Below the pieces are notes generated by a model. The model made no database searches, was not told where the DNA came from, and saw nothing but the letters and a program-made list of their open reading frames with translations. The position numbers and the translations under genes were made by a program. A DNA stretch of 62,855 nt, the filler included, from Trypethelium eluteriae (lineage: Eukaryota), in NCBI GenBank assembly GCA_051942245.1. It is 4 parts of 4 records of this genome, joined end to end, with 100 filler letters (N's around TTAATTAATTAA, not from the genome) between each part and the next. Parts side by side here need not be neighbours in the genome. Positions count along the whole stretch, not along the records: positions 15,783 to 31,447 come from JAVECL010000643.1; positions 31,548 to 47,182 come from JAVECL010000644.1; 2 more parts are not named here. The stretch is one strand, 5' to 3'. Below are positions 27,040 to 38,959 of the stretch, one piece after another. Within the stretch, counting starts at the first letter, position 1. Each line of letters begins with the position of its first letter.

Positions 27040-27744
27040 CGGTGTTTGTCCTGTATGTACTTGCAGATACCTTACTTTTAGAAAAGCGTTCGCCTCGTCT
27101 ATATAGATTTGAGCTTTCTCATGTAGAACATTTTGAATACCCAAATAAACATTATTACACATCATTCTGGGTGTCCGCGTAACAACTATAGTCTTACCGT
27201 GTTGAAGCATTGTGGAGTAGTGACTGAGGAATTATTTACTCTGTGGGTATTGAGAGTATTTAGGAAATGGTCCTTGCCGCTTCACGGTCTGGAGATGTAA
27301 AGTGGGGCATCTAATAAATGTGTACATAGACTCTGCATTGTATCCTTCCACGCGCCGCTCATTCTAGCTATTTGTGCTAATTGCTTATGCGACGGAGAAA
27401 TTTTAAACCTTCCGACAGAGTCGAGTGGCCGAGATCCTCTAAATCTAAAACTCTCACCGTCCGACTCGGTAGATTGGTAGCGAAAGCTTGAGAGGCTCAA
27501 AGCCCTTCCCGTTAGCGAGGAATTAGTGACTTGGGAAGAATCTGTTAACTCACTTGTACGTGCGGAGTGTGAAACTTTTATAGGGGTGCGAAAGATTGCA
27601 CTTAGACACGCTTTAGGGTTGAACAAGCTGTGCAAGTCTTCAGATTCCTGGTACTTCGAAACCTAAGTGCACTCGGAACCCTCCAAGCTACCTAATGCAA
27701 ACAGCGAAAAATTACTTCGAAAAGTTGAGGATGTAAGGGCAACT

Positions 27745-30700
27745 ATGGAGATTCCAGACGATGACGAGAGCGATGTACATATGGAGGACGGAGACGAACA
27801 GGACCTGATATCCTCAAACTACAATTCGGCATATGGAGACATCACGAATGCGCCCTACTCCATCCATGCAGGTCCATATTTCGCCCTCCAGAATGACAAC
27901 ATCACAGCCCAGAGCGGCAATGCCCAACAGAATGGCAACCGAAATAACGAGAGTTTTCAGCAAAGTCTCAATCAAGGCGGTGAGATTTTCTATGATCCCT
28001 ATACATCTGACGAAGAAAATGGAGAAGAAGATGAAGAAGAAGACGAGCTTCAAGAAATTGCCCGTCGCCAGGGGGAATCGGATTCACCTTTCTCGGAGGA
28101 CGAAAAGGGAACTTCTGAAGATATTTCATCCAGCTCAGGCAGCTCGGAACCCGATAGCGAAGACCTCAGAGGTGAAGGACGTCGTGGCCCACGACCTAGA
28201 GGTCGACCTCCTCGATCAGCTGCTAGCCGTGGGGGTCGACGACGTGGCTGGAAATGGGCTTTGAAAGGTACAGAACACGATCCAGCTCGAGATCGTTCCC
28301 CTCGAGGTCGTCGTGGTGGACGCGCCAAGCAACGATCAAAACGAGGGGCAAAACCCGTACGTCCTACCGAGGAATTCCAGTCTGTCATGTCCAGCGCGAA
28401 TCAGGCATATCTAAATGGTGAGCTTGAAGACGCACTCGAGTTAGCGGGAGACGCCATCTTGCAGAACCCCGAGATATACTCTGCGCATAGTTTATTATCC
28501 CAGGTCCTCGATGAGCTCGGAAGGAATGATGATGCCGTTGGAGCTCTTCTGGCAGGAGCGCATACCTCGCGAGATATCCAGGTGTGGTACCACGTAGCAC
28601 ATCGGATAAGGGAGCTGGGAGAAGTGAATCAAGATGCTGTCAAGAAGCAAATTATCTACTGCTACAGCCATATTCTTACCATAAACCCGAAAGAGCACAA
28701 AGCACGCCTGGAGAGGGCAACACTCTACGCGGAACTCGGTCGTGAAAAGAGAGCGGAGACCGAGTGCGAGACTTTGCTCAAGAATCGGCCACATGATTTG
28801 CAAGTCATCCGAATGCTGGTGAATCTTACTTCGGACCCTGAGAAAAAAAGACGAGCGTGCCATCTTTTCGATAGGGCCTTTCAACTTCATTTGGAAGGGG
28901 AAGCCATACATCAGGGGAAACCAGAATGGTCGGACCTAGCCTTATATATGGACCTACTCATCCAAGATAGTGAGTACGTAAAAGCACTTTCGAGGCTAAG
29001 TCAAGTCGCAAGATGGTTGTTAGGTCGTCGGCGTGAAAGATTCTGGGATGACATTGTCGAAGATGATCGAGAGTGGGACTTAGAGGACGCACCGCGTCGC
29101 ACACTTACGCCTGGCTTCCATCCAGGTCGATACAAAGAGGCTGCATACGGCGCAGGACTACCTTTGGAAATTCGCGTCAAACTTGGAATTATCCGCCTGA
29201 ATATGAGCTCGCGATATCATGAAGAAGCAATTGTGAGTAACGAGATATGAAATATAGTATCGTCGTACTGACTGTGTGAAGCACCATTTCCGCTATCTCG
29301 AACCCCAAAATGGTTCACCCAATGCACCGATTTTATCCCATGACGACCTCTTTTACAATGCTGCGAAGTCCTTGAAATCTAACCAGTGTTTCGCTGAGGC
29401 TATTGAGTACTACGAAGCCTTGCTGTCAACGCGAAAACGGCAAGACTGGCAGATATATTCGCCCCTCGTGGAGTCTTATCGTCAAATTGGAAAGAAAATC
29501 GAAAGCCGGAAGCGCCTGCGATCGTTTGTTGATGTAAATCAGGAACACATCGATGCTCGAGTTACGTTAGCTAAGATATGCGAAGAAGATGGCGAGATCG
29601 GAGAGGCCTCCCGGCTTATAGCAGAAGTCATTCGCCTAGGGAGAATGGATGCCGTAAGGAGGGCCAGGCTTAGGTCACTTCGAGCTGTGAGGCGAAGACA
29701 TCCAGAGATCCTGAAGCCCCAAAGCATTCCCTTGACCATTGCTGCAGTGCAAGCAAACGAACAAGCCGATGCAGCCAAGATGGCGGAACAGGGATTCGCA
29801 TCGAAAGCAAGCGGGTTGGCACCCATTGCTAAGCAGCCCAAGAGAAAGGCCGAGTCTTATAATGACGATATCCAGGAAATGTACCAGAAAATGAAGACCT
29901 TGGAAGAGTCGGAGGCTCTCGCAGACACTGACGCATTAGAGGAATGGCTTGCCATTGCGGAAGTCATGACAGAAGATTTCAGAGCAATGAAGCCATTCTA
30001 TCAGGGGGGAACAAGGTTTGATGAGGGAGCGAATCTCGCTACGGGGTCTGCGATTTCAGAAATGAAATCCATGGCCTCCAGGATCTCGAGTAGTACGCAC
30101 TTATTCGTGAATTCGCGTTTGCTCCTTCATGGCTAATCTATCTTCAGTGTCAAACGACAAGAGTAATCCGCCTATCAACATCAGCGAGATACTTCCCGAG
30201 AATTATTGCGGTATTTCATGGGACGCCTGGCTTGAGTTGTTTTGTCAATACGCCCTTCAGCTTGCGAAACTCCAAGACGCGGAAGCGTGCTACAGTGCTC
30301 TTACCGCAACGGTTGACTCCGTCGTGTTCCAAAAGAATGACGACTACATGAGGATTGCGCAAGTTTGCTGGCTCGCCTGTGGACTCATCCTCGAGGATGA
30401 GCAGACGATCTGCAACGTCACTCGATGGTTCATCAAAAACGCCCCCTACACCAACGAGGCCATCTCCCTCTTCGCCATCGCCAACCGGCTGCTCCGCTGC
30501 GAACCCAACTGGTACAAGTCCGGCCCCTCGCAGAAATTCTTCCTCCGCCAAGTGAAAGGCATGGACTTCGCCCTGCTCGACCCCAAGACCCGGGACCTGT
30601 ATAGCTTCACCGACGCCGAGAAGCGCACTTACGGCGACCGCGCAACCAGAGACAACCCGCACGGGCTCACAGAACCAGACCCGGCGCTGCTGATGCTGTA

Positions 30701-31169
30701 CGGCCACTTGCTCGCCGTCAGCGGCAGCTTCGCCAATGCGCTGAACTACTACTTCCGCGCCTACACCCTCCTGCCGGAGCACCCGATGGTCCTCTTCTGT
30801 CTCGCAGTCAACTACATCCAGATGGCGATGAAGCGCCAGAGCGACAACCGGCAGTTTCAAATCCAGCAGGGGCTTGCGTTCATGGGGAAGTACTACGAGA
30901 TCCGGACCACCGAGGATGTCGCGATTCATGTGCAGGAGGCCGAGTATAACATGGCGAAGGTGTGGCATCTGCTGGGGCTTAATCATATGGCGATTCCGGG
31001 GTATCAGAAGTGTCTGGCTCTGAGCAAGCGCCTGCAGGAAGAAGGTGAAGGGGTGGAGGAGGTAGAGGATTTTGCCCGAGAGGCAGCGTTTGCTCTGCAG
31101 AATATTTTTGCAATGAGCGGGCAGCTAGAGGAAGCACGTGCAGTCACTCAGGAATGGTTGGTTATGTGA
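27745..31169 (+). CDS. TFC4: RNA polymerase III transcription factor TFIIIC TPR subunit (tau131/Sfc4)
   Basis: Acidic N-terminus, TPR-like repeats, LPLEIRVKLG, C-terminal ALNYYFRAY...KRQSDNRQFQIQQG...QEAEYN; introns 29233-29281 and 30093-30147. Confidence 0.92.
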
Positions 31170-31447
31170 TGGATATGGAGCCACTTCGACATTTTTTAGA
31201 TAGGATCTTTGGAGGAGGTCAAGTGATTGACTATCTTGGCGTCAGGCAGGGATGATACCCATTTGCTACCACCCTGCTTTTTTGCGATCTAGTAGTACTA
31301 TATCCAAAGAATCATGATCATCATAACAGTCTTCTATATAGGATAAGCCAACAGTGCGAATCACTTCATCATCATCGTTTCAATACCCGCCATCCCACAA
31401 ATATCTTCCCATTACCACCCCACGGCCACTGGCCCCCTCCTCTCCTT

Positions 31448-31547
31448 NNNNNNNNNNNNNNNNNNNNNNNNNNNNNNNNNNNNNNNNNNNNTTAATTAAT
31501 TAANNNNNNNNNNNNNNNNNNNNNNNNNNNNNNNNNNNNNNNNNNNN
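31448..31547. other. Artificial contig linker
   Basis: Same N/TTAATTAATTAA/N cassette. Confidence 0.99.
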
Positions 31548-32739
31548 GAGTGGTGGGGTCCAGGACGAGGAGGGAGGGGATGCGGAGGATGACGGTGATG
31601 AGGATGAGGGTGAGGGTGATGGCAATGATGATGGGAATGGCGATGGCGATGGCGAGGAGCAGTCGCGGGATGATGGGTGTGAGGATGCGGTTTTAGAGCG
31701 GTCGTTGCTGGGGGATACGGGGACGAACATGAAGTACTCGTTTCAGCACGGGAGTGTCAAGGCGCAGTGTAAGATCTTCTATGCGGAGTCTTTTGATGCC
31801 CTGCGGAGGAAGTGTGGGGTTGCGGATCGGTTCATCGAGTCCATGTCGAGATGCCTGAAGTGGGATTCGAAGGGCGGGAAGACGAAGTCGCTGTTTTTGA
31901 AGACGCTGGATGATCGCTTCGTCTTGAAGTCGTTGTCGAAGGTCGAGATTGATCACTTCACCAAGTTCGCGCCAGACTATTTTTCCTTCATGGCCGAGAC
32001 GATGTTCCACGGCATGCCTTCGGTAATTGCAAAAATGTTTGGCCTCTTCCACGTGGTCATTAAGAATCCGGCCACCGGTGTCGAGTTCAACTGGTTCCTA
32101 CTGGTCATGGAGAACTTGTTCTACGATCGTCAATTGACAAGGCGTTTCGACCTGAAGGGTTCAATGCGTAACCGAAAAATCGAGAGCACAGGCGAGAAAG
32201 ACGAGGTTCTTCTTGATGAAAACTTGGTAGAGACGATCTTTGAGTCTCCGTTATTCGTTCGTGAGCATTCCAAGAAGCTCCTCAAGGCTAGTGTCTACAA
32301 CGACACCCTGTTTCTGTCCAAGCAGAACGTCATGGACTACAGTCTGATGGCTGGCATCGACGACCAGCGCCGAGAGATGGTCGTCGGCATCATTGGTATG
32401 TCTTTCTCTTCTCCACCCCTGTCTCTGCCTCTGTCTCTCCAATGCAGCATGATGTACTCATAGCCTTTACTTACAGATTGCATCCGTACGTACACGTGGG
32501 ATAAGAAACTCGAATCCTGGATCAAAGACCGCGGCAAGAACAAACCCACCATCACGAGTCCCAAGGACTACCGTAACCGCTTCCGTGTCTCCATCTCAAA
32601 TTACTTTCTCCAAGCTCCGAACTGCTGGCATCAATTCCAGGCGCAGCAAGTGCAGCAGAAGCAGCCAGTGAGGCTCCAGACGAAGGCCGAGACTAACGAG
32701 GAGATGGAAGTAGAAGCTGAGCCCGTGGCCAACGTTTGA
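31548..32739 (+). CDS. FAB1: 1-phosphatidylinositol-3-phosphate 5-kinase, C-terminal PIPK domain (5'-truncated)
   Basis: WDSKGGKTKS.FLKTLDDRFVLK, FDLKGSMRNR, MDYSL, then after an intron DCIRTYTWDKKLESWIK; stop at 32737-32739. Confidence 0.95.
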
Positions 32740-33325
32740 GATTTTACTTAGTCTCTTTCTTTTTTGAGGTTCTTCTGTTTTAATGCATCCGGATTAGGGA
32801 TATTGCATCGGAGGATTGGGAGGCCTTATTGAGTATACATAAGGTACTGCATTGAGCGACTCCGGAGTTTTAGTATCTTTTTAAGTAGGGCAAATGGTGG
32901 TTAGACGAGACTATGGCGCATGAGATACGATTGGACTGGAAGGGCATTTGGGTAGGTTTGCGAGTTATCTGCTTCCTTGTGGATTATTAGAATTAGTAGA
33001 ATAGTAATGACATCGATTTATTTATGTTATGGGCCTTGCTCATTTCTATCAAGCCAGAATACGGAATGTTCGATTGATTGATTTGACATGAACGGGTTGG
33101 TCTGGCAAAGGAATCACGCTTAGCTTTGAAACACAGCAAAAGGATCTAATAAAGTGGTGTAGAAATCTAAGAACCAGCTGTGAAAATATTGACCATTAAT
33201 TCCTGGCTGATCCGGACTTAAGACATGAGTCGGAGCTATAATGCAAAATCTCCGTATGGTCGACCAAATCACATACTTGCCCATCCCAAGGCTCTGACAG
33301 AGATCATGAAGAAGCATCTCTTCCT

Positions 33326-36300
33326 CTACGATCCTCTTTTTGGCGGTGGCCATCCACTATGTAGGCTCCTCCTTGTGCCCAGCGTCCTGCGCACGGGCTT
33401 CGGCTGGACACCAAGCTGCGCTACGGTCGTTGTGTGCAGCGTCGTTGCCGATTTGAATCTGGGAAGATCGTCCTCCATTACTGCCCGGACGGGACTCAAC
33501 GGAGGCGAATGGTTGCCGATCTGAGGAAGGGGATTCTCATCAGACTTCGTCGGCGAGCTTGACAGGAAAACGTAGTCTTTCTTTGAAGAATAGACAGTCT
33601 GGTCTACGCTGATTTGGCCGGGTCGTCTACGGAGTGGCGCGCTGCTCGGCTTTCGCGATGCAAGCTCCAAGGGTATGGTCATGGACTGGAACGCTGGCAC
33701 GTTGGTGTGAACTTCTCGGAATACCCTGTTTGTTTCCTTTGGGGGCCCTTTCTTTTGAATGGTACTGAGAGGGGATCTGTTAGTCGATTCTCCCGACGTA
33801 TCTTTGCCGTTGCTAAAGAAACTCGTGATGTTCCCCTGGCCAGCCAACTGCTTCCTCCCAGATTTCTCTTCGCGATGCTTTGGTGCCTGCTGATTCTCTC
33901 GTGCTGTTGGTAGCGGTGACGCCTTATCAATACGGCCAACCTGTCTCTCTTCCTGGATTTGCTGAAAGCGAGTGCTGGCACTCATGAACCCTGCCTGGCA
34001 CGAGACCGGGTCCATTGAATGCACGGATTGACTTTGCAAAATGGTAGATGCAGGAATGATGCCCGAGGCTGCGGAGAGCCCATTTGTTGTGATGTTCTCA
34101 ATCTTGCGACGCTTCGTGATTGGCAGTAGTGTGTCTATGTCTTGACCAAGAAAAGCATCCCAATTTGATGTTTCAGGGGTTGGCTCCTCTCCGTCCAGTG
34201 GCCATAGATCATCTTCTACCAGATCTGCAGAGGCGCGTGCTTCTTCGATCGCTTCTTCGGACGGAGGCGACCTATGCAGGATTTTGGCAAGGCTTCGAAT
34301 GGCCAGGGAGTCATATGTAGGACCTTGTGGACTGAAGTATCCAGCGGTTGAGGGATCATCTATGAAAGGCGAAAGCTCAGTCTGGTCTCTCTGAGAACTT
34401 TTCATAGGACAGCTTATGAATAACAACGCCTGCGCTCGAGTCATGCCTACGTAGAGAAGCCGCCGTTCTTCATCAGTATCCTCTGCACGAGAATGGGGAA
34501 TTGACCCGTCATATGCGGCTGGTATAAAAACAATCGGCCACTCGAGTCCTTTTGCTGCGTGAATGGTCGATATTGTGACCTGCTCTGTGGTCCCGTCATC
34601 TTGTCTCTCTGCTTCAGTGGAAAGCGCGACGTTTCCCAGAAAGATAGCCAACGCATCTTCAGACGGCAGTAACCCCCGCTGATCTGCTCCCTCAGCTGGG
34701 GGTAACGTTTCCTCCATAAAACCCTCGCCTTGTGAGATTGCCGCCGAGATCTCGGAGGCCTGAGCAATGAGCTCCTGGACATTGGCCCAGCGGGTTTCGA
34801 GCTCTTCCTCCGGATGAGCTTTCCGAAGATATTCTTTCCATGCAAGCTTCTTCAACAAACATTCAATGAGATCCTTCAGAGAATAATCCTCGCTCTGGTT
34901 TTTGTTTGTTGACGCTCGCTGTCTTGCTTGCAATGTCAATATCACACTGGTAAAAGTCTCAAGTCCTTTTTGAGTCGCACTACTCAGCTTCGTCCTTGGT
35001 CTTCGCTCACCACGCGCTGCTTTGCGGACGACGTCCCAAAGAGAAAGGCGGTCCTCCTTCGCCTCCTGCAGTAAGGCCTCTACAGTAGCTTCGGAAATCT
35101 TTCTCAAGGGAATATTTATGATTCGCACAATGGCGTCGTTGTGGTCAGGCTGGTGGACGACGCGTAGATAATCAAGAACGTGTTTGACTTCTTTCCTGTC
35201 AAAGAATTTTACGCCACCAACCATACGGTAAGGGATACCCTCTTTGCCAAGTTCGGATTCGATGTGTCGAGACAGAAATGCTGAGCGCAGTAGTATGGCG
35301 AAGTCGCTGTAGCCCAGAAGTTTGACCGTCAAATTTCGACATCGCTTTATCTCGGTAATGATCCATCGTGCTTCGGCAGCAGCTGAAGGTATTTTGCGAA
35401 ACGTTGGGCGTTCTCCTCGACAGTGTGTTGCGCGAAGTTTCTTGCTATGTCTGCTCTCATCTTGCTCGATAATTTGTTGAGCCGTCTCGAGAATAGCTTG
35501 TGAGGAACGGTAATTCTCTTCCAAATTTATCAGGTGGTAATCTCCATACTCTTCTTGCATTTTCTTGAGATTTCCAAGTTCCGCAGACCGGAAACCGTAT
35601 ATGCTCTGATCTGGATCACCCACGATTGTAATCTTGTTCCTTCTCTGAGCGAAGAGGCGCATGAGGTCAAATTGGACAAGGTTGGTATCCTGGAACTCGT
35701 CGATTAGTACTGCTGCTAGATTGGAAACACATTGAGGGTGTTGATATAAGAGATCTTTGCAGCGGAGGAGCAGATCGTCATAATCCAATAAATTAGATGC
35801 TCGCAGGGAGGCTTCGTATCCGCCATACACCAGGGCAAATTCATGCTCTTCAGCCCTGCTTGAAGAAGTGTTGTAGTCATCCGGACTGATACACCGAGCC
35901 TTCAGTCGGGAGATTCTTGAGCGAGCCTTCGCGGGCTCGATTCCAAGTTTCTCATTCTTAACGATTCTTTTAATCATAGCAAGAGAGTCTGAAGTATCGG
36001 CGACTCCGAAATGCTTTGGGATACCGATGTACTGGCCATAAGTGACAAGATAGCGTCGAGCAATAGAATGGAAAGTGCCCAAGATCAACTGCCTCTCTCG
36101 TCCTTGGCCTATGAATCCACTGATCCTATCCTTCATCTCTCTAGCTGCCTTGATTGTAAAGGTGCAGACAAGAATGTTGGAGGGATCAATGCCATCGTGA
36201 TCAATGTGGTACGCGACGCGTGAGGTAAGTGTTTTGGTCTTTCCCGACCCAGGAGGAGCAAGCACCTGAAGTACTGAAGCGGGCGAGGTGACTGCATCGC

Positions 36301-36337
36301 GTTGATTGGCATTCAAATTCTCGAATATCGAGGTCAT
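33326..36337 (-). CDS. SRS2: UvrD/Rep-family 3'-5' DNA helicase (Srs2-like)
   Basis: APPGSGKT, LIDEFQDTN, VGDPDQSIYGFR, LEENYRS, STIHAAKGLEWP and EERRLLYVGMTRA; 1003-aa single ORF. Confidence 0.93.
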   Translation of the reverse strand: MTSIFENLNANQRDAVTSPASVLQVLAPPGSGKTKTLTSRVAYHIDHDGIDPSNILVCTFTIKAAREMKDRISGFIGQGRERQLILGTFHSIARRYLVTYGQYIGIPKHFGVADTSDSLAMIKRIVKNEKLGIEPAKARSRISRLKARCISPDDYNTSSSRAEEHEFALVYGGYEASLRASNLLDYDDLLLRCKDLLYQHPQCVSNLAAVLIDEFQDTNLVQFDLMRLFAQRRNKITIVGDPDQSIYGFRSAELGNLKKMQEEYGDYHLINLEENYRSSQAILETAQQIIEQDESRHSKKLRATHCRGERPTFRKIPSAAAEARWIITEIKRCRNLTVKLLGYSDFAILLRSAFLSRHIESELGKEGIPYRMVGGVKFFDRKEVKHVLDYLRVVHQPDHNDAIVRIINIPLRKISEATVEALLQEAKEDRLSLWDVVRKAARGERRPRTKLSSATQKGLETFTSVILTLQARQRASTNKNQSEDYSLKDLIECLLKKLAWKEYLRKAHPEEELETRWANVQELIAQASEISAAISQGEGFMEETLPPAEGADQRGLLPSEDALAIFLGNVALSTEAERQDDGTTEQVTISTIHAAKGLEWPIVFIPAAYDGSIPHSRAEDTDEERRLLYVGMTRAQALLFISCPMKSSQRDQTELSPFIDDPSTAGYFSPQGPTYDSLAIRSLAKILHRSPPSEEAIEEARASADLVEDDLWPLDGEEPTPETSNWDAFLGQDIDTLLPITKRRKIENITTNGLSAASGIIPASTILQSQSVHSMDPVSCQAGFMSASTRFQQIQEERQVGRIDKASPLPTARENQQAPKHREEKSGRKQLAGQGNITSFFSNGKDTSGESTNRSPLSTIQKKGPPKETNRVFREVHTNVPAFQSMTIPLELASRKPSSAPLRRRPGQISVDQTVYSSKKDYVFLSSSPTKSDENPLPQIGNHSPPLSPVRAVMEDDLPRFKSATTLHTTTVAQLGVQPKPVRRTLGTRRSLHSGWPPPKRGS

Positions 36338-36534
36338 CTAGACTTGCGCCTGTGAAGAGCACGCTTGGCCACGAGACCCAGTCGTGCCAGCGTTGAGAAA
36401 GGATAAACTCTCAGAAACGCGCTAGCGGCAGAGCAAGATACGCCATCACGTGTTCCAATCTACACCTCCTTTCAATTCCATGACAGAATAATCCTACTAC
36501 TTTGGACGAAGCAATTTGAGGGAAACATGGTACT

Positions 36535-37338
36535 TCAATCTGAATACTGGATATCTAATTCTCTACATGCTCTGCTTTCAAAAGACTCGTTCTGATCAAC
36601 GCTCCCAATCCATTCAGCATTAGGTTGAGCCGCCCGACCGCGCCTTCGTTGTGAGCTCTTGCTTGTCGTTGAATGAACTCGTACGTCTATCAGAGAACTG
36701 TCCCAGGTGTTGCTTGACCCTTCCCCCAAATCGACTGTCGCCTTCCTTCCCGCCCTGTTCATGCTGATAAACGATGGAGTGACCTTTGTCAATGGTAAAC
36801 CCCCCTCTAGGTTTTTGCTGTCACTGGTGTAATATTCTTCATCCTGGTCCGACCTTAACTGCTTATCGTTATTTGATTTGTCCACCGTTCCTGAATCGCC
36901 AGGCTTTGAGCTTATTGGTACACCATCCTCTGGATTATTTTCCGTTTTACTTGGGCCTGGGTCTTTAGGAAAAGTATCCAAGCCGTGTGGCCAATTAATA
37001 AGCGCATCAAGTCTTTGCTGGTCCTCAGAGTTGCTCTCCGTTTTCACATCCAATTGAGGAGGAGGGACGTTGGAAGAAGAACCCATGTCAAAAAAATCAT
37101 TCGGGTTACTGAAGTTAAAGTCGTCCAAGGTAAGATTGTTTCGCGCTGGGCTAAAATCTATGGCATCCCGTTCGCCGACCGTTTCGGACGTGGGGTGGCG
37201 GGCATGGAATGCTTCAAAAAGAGAGAGTAACCCCCTGCTATAGAGACAAGCCTCCGCAAAGAAGAGCCGCGAGAAGACTCTCAAATCACACTCGCTCTTA
37301 TAGCTCCTGCCGCAAAGATAAGCTACTGCAGATCCCAA
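36535..37338 (-). CDS. Low-complexity ORF, possibly the 3' remnant of the adjacent SNF2-like pseudogene
   Basis: 267-codon open frame with no ATG at its 5' end; disordered composition; no family recognised. Confidence 0.35.
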   Translation of the reverse strand: MGSAVAYLCGRSYKSECDLRVFSRLFFAEACLYSRGLLSLFEAFHARHPTSETVGERDAIDFSPARNNLTLDDFNFSNPNDFFDMGSSSNVPPPQLDVKTESNSEDQQRLDALINWPHGLDTFPKDPGPSKTENNPEDGVPISSKPGDSGTVDKSNNDKQLRSDQDEEYYTSDSKNLEGGLPLTKVTPSFISMNRAGRKATVDLGEGSSNTWDSSLIDVRVHSTTSKSSQRRRGRAAQPNAEWIGSVDQNESFESRACRELDIQYSD

Positions 37339-37755
37339 ACTGCAAAAGAGACCACCATGCCAAGCTTCCCCCCTCTCAGGAAAGCCTCATATACTCTCAA
37401 CTCGTGCTGTTGCCTTGAGCCACTTATTCCGCCAAGTTCTTATCTTCTTCATTGTCGTCGTTTCAGGTATCTAGTCTCACTCTAGTATTTAAATCTCTTT
37501 CCTGGAGTTTAACTCCGCCTTCTGCTCCATCACCTTCTTCATCCTCATCGTCATCTTGGATTGTTTCAGCAGGTACCAGCTTCTGTAAGAGCCCATTTCC
37601 ATGAGTCTCAACCAGTCCTCATTTGGCCATATGATCAAATCGTATGCATCCATGTTTCGATGCCCAGCGGACTCCCCGGTGCCGCCCAGTTCCTGTGTGT
37701 CTCCGGTTTCTCCGCCCTCATCCACCGCGAGCAGCTCCTAGAACTCCTTGTAGTG

Positions 37756-38959
37756 CTACCAGTATTCCTTCCATTGGTTGGTGTCAAAAGCGAGCTCAAC
37801 ATGGGTGACGTGATAAGGGGGGATTTTAGAGGCGACCCTTTGCTTTGTTCTGTTGGGTCCGGCCACTTCGTCGCCCGGGATGCGTCGCAACACGTACAGT
37901 CGATAAATAACTGGGAGAATCTTTTGGCTGACCTCAACATCTACCTTACCCTCTTTGTTGATTTTGCTAATAACGTTCCTGCGGTAGCTAGGCGCGTCCA
38001 AGTTGGCGGCATACTTGGCCCATTCCAGGCCATTCGGTTTGTAATTATGCTCCATTTCCAGCCTAATCAGCCCATATTTGGTATACTTTGTATCGCTGCT
38101 CTGTTCTTTTGCCCAAGTGCTTAAAGCCGTGGTAGTTGGCGACAGCCAACCCCAACTCAAGGAGTCCCGCTTGGTCCGACAGCCTGGCAGTGTTGGGCGT
38201 CGCGGTGCAGAAAAGGATTGATTGCGGATGAAGATAGTATGTAATAATTGAGGCCAGCGTTTTCGGGGGCTTCACCTTGTGTGCCTCATCGATGATGCAG
38301 ATTCCAAACCGGTCTCTCAGCTTGCAATCCTTACCGTCGCGAGCAATACCAGTGGCTTCAGCTTCATCTTCCTCTCCAAAGTCTTACTCTTCCTCTTTCT
38401 TCGCTGGCTTTTTGCTCTTATAGAGAGTGCGCCTTAGTTTCCCGTCGTTGGTGACCGTGACCTCCTTTAGTGCGCGTCCGTAGAAGGTGCCATATGTTGT
38501 GAGGATGATTATATTCATGTTGTTGGGATCGTATGGATCTAACGAATCCAGAAGCTTCATAAGGTTGCCTGTGGAGATGAACGCCTCTTGTTGGTCTTTA
38601 TTGGCATTTGACTGTGTACCATACTACTCGTATAGTTTGATGTCTTTAGAAAGCGGTATCCCCCTTCCACGAGGTAGCCGCGACGGGACCGATGACGAGT
38701 GTTTCCCAAGTCCTTCACATCTTCAGAATCCTCAGAAGTAGAGACAGCTGCGCAGCGCGCAGTATTATATGTTCTGTCTGTCTGAAGGCCAGAATGGTTT
38801 CCATGATAATCTCGCGGGAAGTTTACGGTGGAGCTCCGACAGCAAGTATGTTTTCTTCCTGACGCGAGGAGCATCCCGAAATGGATGTGTTCTCCAGCAC
38901 ATATCTACGAGAAAGCCTCCTTGAGACATGTATGGACATGTACTGGACAAGACATTCAT
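37756..38959 (-). pseudogene. Degenerate SNF2-family helicase/ATPase (N-terminal lobe)
   Basis: Motifs in the expected order: TLVIGPVAATSWKGD (from ~38702), IIILTTYGTF, ICIIDEAHKVK (DEAH at 38290-38279), FCTATP (TATP at 38206-38195), then LRR...KIPPYHVTHVEL. Broken by stops at 38626-38624 and 38386-38384 and by frameshifts. Confidence 0.75.

Noticed and set aside
27613..27621. TTAGGGTTG as telomerase RNA template or telomeric seed
   Set aside because: Only about 1.5 repeat units, and the ~700-bp spacer is too short for the roughly 2-kb telomerase RNAs of filamentous ascomycetes.
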